A DNA stretch of 64,000 nt from Macrostomum lignano (lineage: Eukaryota). The notes under the pieces are model-generated. The model was not told the origin of the DNA and made no database searches. It was given only the letters and a program-made list of their open reading frames with translations. Location of the stretch: assembly GCA_002269645.1 (NCBI GenBank), contig NIVC01001300.1:1-64000 (forward strand), written 5' to 3'. Shown piece by piece: positions 1-11,690 of the stretch (positions within the stretch are counted from its first letter, which is position 1; each line of letters opens with the position of its first letter). Both the position numbers and the translations under genes were made by a program.

Positions 1-3000
1 GCAGACTGGCGGTGCCGTGCGATGCTGATCATGTACATGATCCATCTGGTGAGATGTGAGTGCGTTTTGCCTCTCACAAAGAGCTCTTCGAACGCCTCGA
101 AGAGGATGTTATCGAAGGCGCCAAATGATGTCCAGGAAGATCCCCAGGCGAAGCCGCAACCAAGCACGGCCTTCTCAAGTTATCGAGCAGGACGTACAGC
201 GCGTTTCAGTGGAGCGACCCACCCGAAAAACGTGCTGTTCTCGCTGGTAGGCTTGTTCTTCAGCTCTACGGAGAGAAGGCGCCACAGCACCAGTCTCTCC
301 ATCAGCTTGACCGGGAGGAGGTCAGGCTGATCGGTCTTGAAGGATTGATAGATTGGTATTCCGGGCGGCCTGGCTTAGGGATAAAAATCACCTTTGGCCT
401 CGGTCCATGCCTGCGGAACATAACCAAGCACGCCCGAAAAGGCTGCAAAGTTTACGCAGGAAGCCTGGCATTAACCGCCTCTCTTAGAATGGCAGGTAGC
501 AATGCCGTCGGACCCTGGGGCTTTGAAAGGTTTGAAGGAGTTAGCCACTCTCACGATGCGGTCCTCGTGATAATAGAGGCAGCCAGCGCGTGACCTCCCT
601 CCGAGTGATCCGGAGTGGTCGGGCTAGCTGGCTCGTTGGGGAAAACGCAGTGAGCATTTCATCAAGCGTTTCCCCTGGGTTGTCCGTGGACGTACCGTTG
701 GTGCGTTTGACTGAGGAAAGCTTAGAAATTTTGTCCAGCGTAAGCGCTTTCGCAATTCTGGAGGTGGGGCGTGAGCCCTCTAGCTCCTCGGCAGTATTGT
801 CGCCATTTTTGAGCCTTTGCATTCCTAACCTGCCTTTTAAACTCATGGATTGCTTCATGATAGGCGTTTTGGTCCGCTGGGCTCTTAGTTTTAGTTGCTC
901 TGCGGTGGAGTCTCTTAGCTCTGCGACGGAGGCCAGATTAATGCCGGTGCTGCCCAGTGAGTATGGTGGGCGTTGATGTCGCTGGCAACCATAAGCTCGT
1001 AGTTTTTGGCACAGCAGAGCTCCACCAGCGTAGCGAGGGCTCTGGGACCGACCGCAGCATCGCCTGTAGGTAGACCGAGGCTATGAGGGTGGTCTTCCCA
1101 GGAAGGAGGTCCTCAGATTGGATGACGCAGATGTCCCTGTTAGACAGGTCCGATCTGAGCCACGCGCACTGACATGTTGACCGAAAAGATGCAAGCTCTG
1201 GGAGACTGGTTGGCCTCGTGAAGTTATGTATAAAAACAGTTGTAGCTGGCAGGGGCGTTTTGAGGCTTACCTCTAAGAGTCCAGGGTTCCTGACGAAGAT
1301 GAGCCCTGGCGTGTCGAGCTCGGCGTGACGCATAAGGTTGACCGAGGCTGCAACGCAGTGTTGCAGATTAATCTGCTAGCAATGGATTCCCTGGCTGCTG
1401 ATCATTATCATGCAGTTGGGTAATCTGTGAGCAGGTCATCCTCCTCCTTTTCAGGGGTGGTTGGCCCTCAGATCTCCATGGGAGTTTCAGCGTCCTCGGC
1501 AGTTAGGGTGGCTGCGGAGTCCTCCGCGGTATGAGCCGCAGCGTGGACGTTACCGTCGCCTCCCTACGTGCTTCGGTGCTTCACTGCCGTCCCTCTGCCT
1601 CGTCGGTCAGGTCGATGCGGGTGGTGCCAGCCTCCTGGTGAGTCGCAGACTCGAACAGTCGGTCGGCGCCTTCCGCCGACAGCCCGGCCTTCTGGCTGTT
1701 GGGGTGGAGCACGAGAAGCGCGGGCCTGGATCAGACCGGACCTCCGGGTGCTCCTGGCGGGTCTGCGATTGCGATATCCGGTTTTAGCAGCGCGAACTGC
1801 CTTACTGGGCTTGGGTCGGCCGTTTGCCTCAGCTTCTTTGCCGGAAGAGCCTGGGCCCCAGTTCCGGTTTCGGAAACCTCGCATGCTTGGCTTCATCAGC
1901 TTTCCGCTCCTTGCAACGGAGGATGGTCAGCTGAGTCAGACGAAGGTGGATTGTGGACTTAGGCGGCAGGCGCTTAGCCCAGTCGTCGGAGAGCCCAAGA
2001 ATCACCGTGGCCCCTTCTCCTTGCGGGAAGTGGCGTGGTGTATTATCCCATTGACCTCAAGGCCAGGATGCAGCTTTAGCAGGATTAGCCTAAGCTGATC
2101 CCCGGACTTAATGGCACTGCCGGCCGGGATCCGGACGCAAAAGCGCTGGGTCTTTTGTTGCTCGCCCTCGCTGGCGAAGACAAGCTTGCCGAGCTTCTTG
2201 GGCCTGTTCAACTTTGGCAGAAGCTCGCGTAGACTGCGGCTGCTCTCCTCCGAGTTGCACCAGATGAAGATGCAGCCGTCGTCTTGGTAGATTTGACCAC
2301 GCTCACGGGCGTAGTTGGTGGCGGCGGTTCCGAAGGCCCGGCCGCGCTGGTAGCAGGTTTACTGGGTGGCTCATCAGCGGGGGTTGTATCCTGGGGGGCA
2401 GGGGTTGCTGTGGCTCCTTTCGGCCCAACGGCAGCCTCGCCCTCCCTAGGTTCCCCCTCCGCCGGTGGCCGGCCCGCAGTATCCCGCAGTCGCCGTCGCC
2501 GCTCGTTGCGGCGTTGGTTGCGGGCACGTCGGGCCTCTGCTGAGGGCCCGGGTGCGCGTGCGGGCATGTCACCGGCCGAGCCGGTGGCAAGCCCATCTGC
2601 CCCCGGTGGGGCGGCGCTGGTGCTAGAGTCACCGGCCGGAGTTGCCGGGGCCCCGGCTTCAGCGGGAGTTTTATGTTTTAGAGGCGGAGCTGAAAGCGGG
2701 AAGGAGTGAGCTGAGTCACAAAGGAAAGAGGAAAGAAGAAAAAGGAAAAGGAAGGACCGCTAGCGACCGGACAACCCCCCGGCCTTCCAGCCCATCGGCA
2801 CAGTCAAACACCTTAGGCACGTTAAGCAGTACCACGGCCTGCAGGCTGGCGAGCCAGACCCGCATACCCAAGTTCGGCCGAAGCCACTAGATGCGTCGCC
2901 AGCGTCGGAGCCCAGTCAGTCCAGCAGCCCCAGGGTCTGCCTTGAACACACGCGGGACGAGTACCCCTGGGTCCTGGGTACCCCTACTACTTGCGAGACA

Positions 3001-3110
3001 GCGTGGGGGAGGGTCTGCGGCTGCCAGCGGCAAATAGAGGGTGCAGACCTCCCACCAGCCTTAACCTGCGGATAGATAGGGGATAGGGGCAGGCGTGAAG
3101 CATCGCAGAC
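1..3110 (-). mobile_element. Decayed non-LTR retrotransposon (LINE; R1/LOA-like), 5' part: 5' UTR, ORF1, APE endonuclease remnant, start of RT
   Basis: Minus-strand translation across frameshifts gives ORF1-like Ala/Pro/Arg-rich sequence (~2690-1790), endonuclease motifs TTLIASVY and MVASDINAHH (~1090-960), then FKPFKAPGSDGI, KVIFIPKPGRPEY, RPISLTS, KLMERLV, GRSTET and GIFLDI..GAFDN (~540-110). The element runs off the window start. Confidence 0.9.
100..545 (-). pseudogene. Reverse transcriptase N-terminal domains of the LINE, frameshifted
   Basis: Motifs KAPGSDG, FIPKPG, RPISLTS, QH.FR.GRSTET and FLDI.GAFD lie in shifting frames with stops. Confidence 0.88.
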
Positions 3111-3216
3111 CATAGCCCATAGGCCTGGTCTGTCTCATATTTCACAGGCGTGCTGAATACACCTTCGCATGCAATATATCCGCTATATTTACTTTAGTAA
3201 TGGCGATACGCGAGAT

Positions 3217-3797
3217 CAGGGGTGTCGACATGGATTTTTTGGTGGGGTAGGGGGGCACCAGGCACTCATTTTTGCGCCGCAGGCAGTCATTTTGGCGCCG
3301 CAGGCAGTCATTTTGGCGCCGCAGGCAGTCATTTTGGCGCCGCAGGCAGTCATTTTGGCGCCGCAGGCACACATTATAGCACCGCAGGCACTCATTTTAG
3401 CGCCGCAGGCATTTATTTTAGCGCCACAGGCACTCATCTTAGCGCCACAGGCACTCATCTTAGCACCGCAGGCACTCATTTTAGCGCCACAGGCACTCAT
3501 CTTAGCGCCACAGGCACTCATCTTAGCGCCGCAGCCACTCATTTTAGCGCCACAGGCATTCATCTTAGCACCACAGGCACTCATCTTAGCGCCGCAGCCA
3601 CTCATTTTAGCGCCGCAGCCACTCATTTTAGCGCCGCAGCCACTTTTTTTTGCCAGCCTGCCGCAAAATTATTGATTTCCATAACGGGTCACATGGTGGG
3701 GGGGGGGAGAAAGCATTGGCATGCCCCCCCAGATCTTTTACTGGGGGGTGGGTGGGGGACACATGTCCCCCCTGTCCCCCCATTGGCGACGCCCCTG
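3217..3797. mobile_element. Non-autonomous hAT-type DNA transposon (MITE) with internal minisatellite
   Basis: Imperfect TIRs CAGGGGTGTCGACA / TGGCGACGCCCCTG and an exact 8-bp direct repeat CGCGAGAT at 3209-3216 and 3798-3805. An 8-bp TSD with CAGGGG ends is typical of hAT elements. Confidence 0.88.
3262..3645. repeat. 21-bp minisatellite (GCGCCGCAGGCACTCATTTTA)n, ~18 copies
   Basis: Direct reading. The same unit occurs reverse-complemented at ~46720-46985. Confidence 0.95.
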
Positions 3798-4263
3798 CGC
3801 GAGATAGCAATTAAATTAAAAGCGTTCTAACAAATCTGCAACCAAGGAACGAATTATTCTGTATATAACAATTTCCTTATCCATGGCTATAATCAGAAGT
3901 TTCTACGAGTATTTTCAAAAAAATGTGGCTTCAATTAGTCCATCATTCGAGCGGTATTTTTAATAGAAAATGGATACTACACTACAGATGCTAGGCTATA
4001 ACTAGCTCAATATATAATGTGACTGAAATATTTCATGGACTTTTAATTTGCTTCAGCTGTCCCGATGTTATCTATGTAACAAAGCCGCAAGCTCAGGTAT
4101 GGGCATGAATTAGTCTAGGGCACCGATAAGATGCGGTTTGCACGGCTGGAACAGGACCGCCTGGCTTAACCAAGTAAAGAATTCGGTAGTAACCAGTAAA
4201 CAACTTGATCATTCTTGCCTTAGAAAATTGTTTAGCAGGCTGCATTAAAAACCGAAGAAGAAA

Positions 4264-7120
4264 ATGCGAGCCCGACTCCGCACGGTGACCGGTGCCGCTC
4301 AGGAGGTGGCTGGCATCACGAGAACCCACGGCTTGCTGCACATATTCCTGTCCAGAGGCACAGCTAGACGGCTCTTCTGGCTGCTTCTGTTCGTAGCTGC
4401 CCTGATCGGCTGCACCGTCCACCTGGCCAAGTTGGTGCAGAAGTTCACCGAGCACTCCGTTGAGTCGCAGCTGAAGCTGAAAAGCGAACAAGCCCAGTTT
4501 CCCGACGTCACAATCTGCAACTTCAAGCCCCTTTCTGCAAGCGTAGGTCCTAATATTCTTGGAAGCAAATACTTTCCGACTTTCTGGGCCAATTTCGTCA
4601 ACTGGTTCAAAGAGGACACCCCGAAGCGCCCGCAAGAATCGGATGAAAGCTATGAAAGCCGACTTGAGACGGTGTGCAAGAAGGTCCTAGACGTGATGTG
4701 GGTGTCGGACGACACCAGAGACATCTCCCACCTCGACGAGACCATGCTGCTGCGATGCCGCTACAACAACGAGCCATGCAGTCACAAAAACTTTTCGCTT
4801 GTCCAGACGAGCCGGTTCTGGAACTGCTACACGTTCCACCCGGACCCAAAGCAGTCGTCCAGTGGTTCTGGGGGCAGAGGAGCCAAGTTGGACATGGTTC
4901 TCTTCACCGATGGATACATTGGCTCTTCTAGTTTTACCTACCGTCCCGAATTTTCTAATATTATTTCAAAACTAGTATGTCTTGGTCGATTGGCTTTCAA
5001 TATGATAGCTATAAGCCGGCTGCTGAACAACAACCAACCTCAGTCGAATGGATTGCGAATTTTCTTTCACGAAGCAAAAAGCTACCCGTTGACTGGTACG
5101 TATTATTTAAAAAATAGATGTTTTGCCTAGTAAGGTTTTACTTTGCTTAGAGGGTTTATAATTGTCTTGATTTAGAACTGCAATACTTTCCAAATGCTCG
5201 AAAACTTCGAAGGTTCTATAAAAATGAACGATTCATCGAGCAAAAGATTCCAAATGCTCACTTTAGCTTTTATCGCTAAAACCTTTTACCCATGCTAAAC
5301 TGCAGACGCCGAGTTCGTAGACGTGGCCTCAGCCAGAAGCACCTCCATCAAACTCAGGCCGATCCACAACCGGCTCGTATCGACGCCGAGTCGCAGGTGT
5401 TCCGAGCCTCCTTTAGAAACCATCAACTACGTCAGATACTTCTCCAACGCCTCGACGAACGTTGTTAGCAAGGAGTACTTCAAATCCATTTCAGATTTTG
5501 TATTCGAGGCACAGCAGAGCATCCTGCAAAGCAACTGCGGCTGCTACTCGCACCTGCTTCCGTTCTCGGTGAACACGAGCGACCTGTGTTACTTCGCTCC
5601 ACCGCAGAATTGGATAACCCCATCAGATGCTGTGCTCAAAAGAATCAGCTGCCATGACCTCTGGTTTGAACACGCACAGAGGCGAGGTCAGGAGCTGGTG
5701 AAAGAGTTTCAGCACCGGATGCGGTGCGATTTTACGCAGCAACGGCCTTGGCAGCAGAGCCGCAGCTGGCCCCGTTAAGCGCTATTCAAGAGATCTCAGA
5801 AGAACTGATAGCGCCGCTGGTCAGACATGGAATGAAGTTCAGGCGGAGCAGGGATGGAAAAAAGCAGCACATGATAAAAAAATTTCTACTTTTTTCCAGA
5901 AAGGAACATGTATTGTTGCATCTTCTTGATCAGGACTACTGGAATTGCACGGCTTGGTTCAGTTATAATAGAACTATTGATAATACTAACACTTCCACAC
6001 TCAACGAGCTTTTGGAAGAATACCTCGAGTCAGCACCGTACTGCCTTCAGCGTCGCTTATTGTCCAAAAACCTGGCAGCAGTCAGCATCAACTTGCAGAG
6101 TCCTGCGGCGGACGCTTACGAAGAGAAGTACAAATACCACTGGACTGAGGCTCTGTCGGAGGTGAGAGCTGCATTTCTGTTGCAATATTCCCGCAGGCTG
6201 CAGGTGACCAGACCCGCCTAGACCCACTAATTTTCATGCGAATTTTAAAAACGGCCTTAGCCCCTCCGTCCCGCCCTGGTTCCCTTAGCGACACTGAGCT
6301 GCTCCTCTCTGCCAATTCTTTTACCTCGTAAAATGCTAGCTAGCCCCATTACAAAGCTGCTTACATGTAGAAAGTATGTTGAGCAAACTGAGCTGCGCGA
6401 GCCTCAGAGCCGATTGGGTCGCGAGTCCTCCCAGTAAGCTACCGTCTTCCCATGGGTTCTCACCCGCTCCAATTGGCATGAGCTACCGTCTTCCCATGGG
6501 TTCGCACCCGCTCCAACTGGCGTGAGCTACCATCTTCCCATGGGTTCGCACCCGCTCCAACTGGCGTGAGCTACCGTCTTCCAATGGGTTCTCACCCGCT
6601 CCAACTGGCATGAGCTACCGTCTTCCCATGGGTTCTCACCCGCTCCAACTGGCATGAGCTACCGTCTTCCCATGGGTTCTCACCCGCTCCAACTGGCATG
6701 AGCTACCGTCTTCCCATGGGTTCTCACCCGCTCCAACTGGCATGAGCTACCGTCTTCCCATGGGTTCTCACCCGCTCCAATTGGCATGAGCTACCATCGG
6801 GTGGCCATCCGCTTGCAGCTTACTCCTGAATGACTACGGAGTGACCGAACGCTTTGCAAGGTGCCGCCTCTTTGTCTCGGTGCTCAGTGCCCAGCTAACC
6901 AGTGCCCGAGCCCCACAGCAACACGGCAGCAGGAAGCTGCAGAGACCCCAAACCAGACATCTGCTCAAATCTACTCGAAATCCCGCAGATCGGTGGAGCT
7001 CTGGGACTTTGGCTCGGCATCAGCGTCGTGAGCACTTTCGAGCTGCTTGAGTTCATCTATATTCTGGTGCAGAGGTGCAGGAGAAACAATAGCGACTCGG
7101 ATAGCGAAGAAGAGTCCTGA
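4264..7120 (+). CDS. DEG/ENaC (degenerin/ASIC/amiloride-sensitive) channel subunit. Exons approx. 4264-5095, 5306-6161 (frame break near 5770, or an unresolved intron) and 6989-7120
   Basis: Pre-TM1 THG motif, TM1 (RRLFWLLLFVAALIG), FPDVTICN, CRYNNEPC, WNCYTF, GLRIFFH, CGC, and TM2 SEIGGALGLWLGISVVSTFE with GIS filter after splicing 6161 to 6989. GT/AG sites seen at 5096, 5305, 6162 and 6988. Confidence 0.92.
6425..6795. repeat. 44-bp intronic minisatellite (GAGCTACCGTCTTCCCATGGGTTCTCACCCGCTCCAACTGGCAT)n, ~8 copies
   Basis: Direct reading; lies in the last DEG/ENaC intron. Confidence 0.95.
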
Positions 7121-7819
7121 GTTCGAATCAGCAGCTAGCTCTCTGCATTGCGATTCTGATCGTTCACTAGCTTTATTTTCACCGGCTGGTTTCTGACTTT
7201 ACAGCGGCATTGCAAATGTCGTGCTGAGTTCGATGCCTTCAGCTCATCCTTGATTTCATTTCAGAAGCGAAGATTGATAGAGAACTTCAGACGCACCGCT
7301 TCATCACTGCTCAATCTGTGAGAAATTCGTACCGCTCTGTTGACTGTTTCTAGCAATTCTTGATGCTTAACGCGATAAATCTCTGTATTTTACTGTCACA
7401 GCATGAAAAATCCCTGTAACTTACTGTCACAGCATGATAAATCTCTGTAACTTACTGTAATTCACTGCGCGGGGCTGCAAAGTGCCGAAGGCCATTTTGC
7501 GGTACGCAGAAGTGACACAGATTTAATTTTTGTTCGAGTCCCGTCTCCAAAAAATCAGTTTCCAAAAACTCTCTCAGGTGGGCACTGATGCAGCGCTCAG
7601 CTCTTCTGTGTCTTTTCAATATGGGGTCTAGTTTTTTTTATATTAACAAGTGTGCAATAATTTTGACTTTTTTTATACCTCAAACTGCGAACCGATGTGT
7701 TGCAATCGCCAAAATACACCAACTCACTGCTAAATACTTTACTACATCCTTTGTTTTGAATATTAAAAAATTATACACAATTTTATTTTACAATTTTTAG
7801 ACAAACTGCAAAGACCTTC

Positions 7820-8275
7820 AATCCGCTGTGTCTGACCCTCAATCCGCTGTGTCTGACCCTCAATCCGCTGTGTCTGACTCCCAATCGGCTGTGTCTGACC
7901 CTCAACCCGCTGTGTCTGACTCCCAATCGGCTGTGTCTGACCCTCAATCCGCTGTGTCTGACTCCCAATCGGCTGTGTCTGACCCTCAACCCGCTGTGTC
8001 TGACTCCCAATCGGCTGTGTCTGACCCTCAACCGCTGTGTCTGACTCCCAATCGGCTGTGTCTGACCCTCAACCCGCTGTGTCTGACCCTCAACCCGCTG
8101 TGTCTGACTCCCAATCGGCTGTGTCTGACTCCCAATCGGCTGTGTCTGACCCTCAATCCGCTGTGTCTGACTCCAAATCGGCTGTGTCTGACCCTCAATC
8201 CGCTGTGTCTGACCCTCAATCCGCTGTGTCTGACTCCAAATCGGCTGTGTCTGACCCTCAATCCGCTGTGTCTGA
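7820..8275. repeat. 21-bp minisatellite (CTGTGTCTGACCCTCAATCCG)n
   Basis: Direct reading; it generates the spurious ORFs at 7783-8366. Confidence 0.95.
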
Positions 8276-8624
8276 CCTTCTATCCAGCAACAACACTTCG
8301 TGCTCACCAATGCTAGACCTTATCAATCTTCATCAATTTCCACTTAGGCAAAATGGAATTCCCTAATGGAAAATCTGGATGTTACAAATTTCACATCTTG
8401 AAATTGGTGAGTTGTTGAGAAATGAAATAAAAAAATGGCGAGTTCAAGTGTATAGTTTTCAATCAGTCAATCAATCACTAGTCAAGTGTTTGACAAAATC
8501 GGATCAAGAGCACTCAATCAGAGACTTCATGACGATTTCCAATTTTTTGCTAATGCTAAAAAACGTGAAATATAAGCGGTGGCAGGGGGCCGCTTTCCAA
8601 ACTGCAAATCTTCGCCGCATCGCG

Positions 8625-9662
8625 ATGGCCGAACCGCATCAGCAGATGCTGCTGTTCCTGCTTCTCGGGAGCCTGCTGCTTGTTCACGCTGAATGCCGCT
8701 CCGCCATAGCCAAATACGCTGTTGTCAGAGCTAGCCAGTGCCTGAACAAGTCAAAGTTGGTGTGGCAGATCAGCTCCGGGCGCTCCTCTTCAATGCTCGA
8801 CTGCTTCGTGTCGAGTCGGTCGTTCCGTCTCGGCAGCGTCGGCGTGGTGCAGCGGAACAAGCGAGACGCCTCGTGCGCGCTGTTCCGCTTCGGTGAGGTG
8901 TGCCGCCTGCTCAACATGACCTCCACGACACCGACTGCCGGAGTGGCCGCTGAGAGCACCTGCGAGACCGTGGTGGACTCGGAGTACGACGCGATCGCTG
9001 CGAACGAGCACTTCAGCGCTGTGTGGGTCAGAGACAGGGGACCGGCGCTGGAGAACCTGGTGTGCGGCTCCGAGGGACAGAGGAACCCCGTGAAGTCGCT
9101 CAATGTGACCTGGACGAGTGATGGCGCTCGCATGGACGGAGTCTCGTCTCGGCTGTGGGTGGACGACCCCACAGGTCTGGACTTCACGGCGTCCTACACC
9201 TGGGTGCTGCACCTGAAGAGAACTCCCGGAAGGCGGAGCTACATGTCATGGGGCACTTGTGACAGCGCTAGCAAAGAGGAAATTCAATTTTCTGAGAAGA
9301 ATGCACCTGCAAACCCGCTAAGTCTATGCTTAAAGTTCATTCCACCAGGAAAAATTGTCTCCGGATCTGTCCTGCCCGCCAACCCTGACCGATTCTTCAT
9401 GGTCGGTGTGGTCCGGGACACGGCCGCAGGCAGGATCAAATTCTTTGTCGATTCGGCTTTTCTGCGCGAGGAAACAAGTTTTGCTGCTCCAAATACGACT
9501 GCAAACATTGGGAAGAGTTTCTGCTTGAAGATCGGCTGGCAGACTGTTTCTTCAGGCCGGAGCCTGTTGCTCAACGGAATCATCCGGGCTGTCCCCGTGA
9601 CAAGTCGGATTCTGACTGAGGATCAGATCCGGATGCTTTTCCATGAGCAACTCGAATACTGA
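8625..9662 (+). CDS. Secreted 345-aa protein: signal peptide, Cys-containing N-terminal module, C-terminal LamG/concanavalin-A-like (pentraxin-like) domain; single coding exon
   Basis: Hydrophobic MLLFLLLGSLLLVHA follows Met 8625. The C-terminal part has LamG_3-like strands (DGARMDGVSSRL, FTASYTWVLHLK, FFMVGVVRDTAAGRIKFFVD, LKIGW, LNGIIRAV..TSRILTEDQI). Codon usage is GC-rich from 8625, unlike the AT-rich upstream part of the track ORF. Confidence 0.75.
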   Translation: MAEPHQQMLLFLLLGSLLLVHAECRSAIAKYAVVRASQCLNKSKLVWQISSGRSSSMLDCFVSSRSFRLGSVGVVQRNKRDASCALFRFGEVCRLLNMTSTTPTAGVAAESTCETVVDSEYDAIAANEHFSAVWVRDRGPALENLVCGSEGQRNPVKSLNVTWTSDGARMDGVSSRLWVDDPTGLDFTASYTWVLHLKRTPGRRSYMSWGTCDSASKEEIQFSEKNAPANPLSLCLKFIPPGKIVSGSVLPANPDRFFMVGVVRDTAAGRIKFFVDSAFLREETSFAAPNTTANIGKSFCLKIGWQTVSSGRSLLLNGIIRAVPVTSRILTEDQIRMLFHEQLEY

Positions 9663-10032
9663 GTAAGGCACGGACGACTCAAAGTGCGCCTAGAAGGCAC
9701 CTGTTGTCAATGTTTCAAATCATCTTGCTTGTCAATTGACCCGAGTTGATGCACATGAAAACTGATAGAAACAAAACATATTTCGCTTAATTATTCTTTA
9801 ATATAGCACATTGTCGTGTTTGTGGGATCAGAAAAACTCTCTATATGCTCTACTTCGCATACCTTTCGTAAAAAATGCAAAGAAGTACACTTGAAACTTG
9901 ACGCTTAACAAACTCCCTTCTTTAATGCACTCGATAGGTTTGCTTCACGCGAAATGACCATTATTGCTAATATATATGCATAACGATAAGATCTTAAGAT
10001 CGCCAATTCTCATTTTCATTCTCAGTGTAAAC

Positions 10033-10205
10033 TGCTGAGGCCGATTCTCATGCACCCGATGGGCTGCTGAGGCCGATTCTCATGCACCCGATGGGCTGCT
10101 GAGGCCGATTCTCATGCACCCGATGGGCTGCTGAGGCCGATTCTCATGCACCCGATGGGTTGCTGAGGCCGATTCTCATGCACCAGATGAGTTGCTGAGG
10201 CCAAT
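10033..10205. repeat. 32-bp minisatellite (GCTGAGGCCGATTCTCATGCACCCGATGGGCT)n, ~5 copies
   Basis: Direct reading. Confidence 0.93.
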
Positions 10206-10784
10206 TCAATCTGAAAATCTGAATCCGTATCAGCTCGACAGAAATGAGGGACATGTCCGTATAGCAGAGCATCCAGTGTCGAAGGATAGCCGTGAAACCG
10301 TCTCCGCCTGGCTTGGCGATGGTCTCGTGAGCCGTCCTCCCTGCAGATCAACAAGTGGCTCCCAGTCGAGGGCTTTCAGCATTTCAAGGAGCTGCTGCCC
10401 AGACTGGGTGTGGAGGGCCTGCTGGTCTTCAGGACTTGGGCCAACTTGGTCCAACCTAGGTCAGATTTGGTCAGCCGAAAGTGGCATCTCCTGGCTTTGG
10501 ATGATCAGAGCCGGCTTTCTCTTGGCCTCAGAGTCGGCAGATGAGGTGGCTTTCGATCTCTTCTGTGAGGTGATGCTACGGGCCTTTTTAGAGCTGTGGG
10601 GCGCGCTACCCTGTTGTCCAGCCTATTCAGCGCTGTAAATGTCCGGTTCTTAGAAGGGGTCGGCAAACTCTGGACCGCGGGCCACATGCGGTCTGCGAAG
10701 CCTCTCCATCCGGTCCTGGGGTCCTTTGAGACTTTACAATAGCCAACCGGCCTGCTCGAGGTGTGTGTCTTTTCTCAAATCTCT

Positions 10785-10960
10785 TCTCTCCTTTAGTTTC
10801 TCTACCCTCTCTCCTCTCTCACTTCTCTCCCCTCTCCTCCCTCCCCTCTCCCCTCTTTTCTCTCTCCTCTCTCTCCTCTCCTCTCTCCCCTCTTCCCTAT
10901 CTTCCTGTCTCCCCTGTTCTCTCTCCCCTCTCCTTTCCCCCCTCTTTTCTCTTTTTTATT
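10785..10960. repeat. CT-rich low-complexity tract
   Basis: Almost pure pyrimidines on the + strand. Confidence 0.9.
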
Positions 10961-10964
10961 AGAG

Positions 10965-11258
10965 GCAGGGGGGTTGTGTGCACCCTGGCGCACTTTAAGC
11001 GACATAGGCACACAAGCGCGCGGATACGTACGCAGGCACACACTCACACAGGAGTGCACAGCGGCCCTAACTTTATTTTATCGTTAGGCATGTACACTTC
11101 ACTGCGCCTTGGGGGGTTGGCTCTCAAGGCCGTTAATTGCACGAGCAGAGCCAAGCCGGGGTTCCAATTCAGCCCCAAATTAATGTGACTGCACTTGGAA
11201 TCGAGCCTGGGTCGCTGGCACACCAGAGCAGCTGCGCTACCGCTGGGCTACGGCCCCC
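10965..11258 (-). mobile_element. tRNA-derived SINE
   Basis: The minus strand starts GGGGGCCGTAGCCCAGCGGT (A box, 11250-11239), with B box GGCTCGATTCC (11207-11197), followed by a non-tRNA body. A diverged relative of the body lies at ~57925-58060. Confidence 0.8.
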
Positions 11259-11259
11259 C

Positions 11260-11462
11260 TCTCCCCCCTCTCTTCTCTCCTCTCTCCCCTATCTCCTCTC
11301 TCGCTTCTCTCCCCTCTCCTCTCTCCCCTCTCGTCTCTCCCCTCTCGTCTCTCGCCTCTCCTCTCTCGCCTCTCCTCCCTCCCCTCTCCCCTCTATCCCC
11401 TATCTCCCCTCTCCTTTCTCTTCTCTCCTCTCTCTCCTCTCCTCTCTCCCTTCTCCCTCCCC
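11260..11462. repeat. CT-rich low-complexity tract
   Basis: Almost pure pyrimidines on the + strand. Confidence 0.9.
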
Positions 11463-11690
11463 TATTGCTCATTGGAACGCATAGAAGCTTTCCAGACTTA
11501 AATTTTGCTTGCAATTCTTTATTTCATAGCTTCATAGCAATTCATAGCTTCGAAAGCGGTTTTTACGACCTAATCCTTTCCTAAGCCTTTAGTTTATGGT
11601 CAGCAAGTGCATGTGCAAACGCAATCTTGCTCTATAAAATCATATTTAACTGCATGGCCTCAGATCTCAGATCTGATTCTCAAAAGCATC

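Noticed and set aside
8379-8624. N-terminal extension of the LamG ORF given by the track
   Set aside because: AT-rich, starts at a non-ATG codon, and precedes an obvious signal peptide at Met 8625.
10230-10690. Coding-like GC-rich minus-strand stretch
   Set aside because: Frames are short and discontinuous and no motif was recognised; insufficient to call.
11190-11258. Possible tRNA gene (also 58230-58296)
   Set aside because: A and B boxes are present, but no convincing acceptor stem or cloverleaf, and each continues into a repeat body; called SINE heads.
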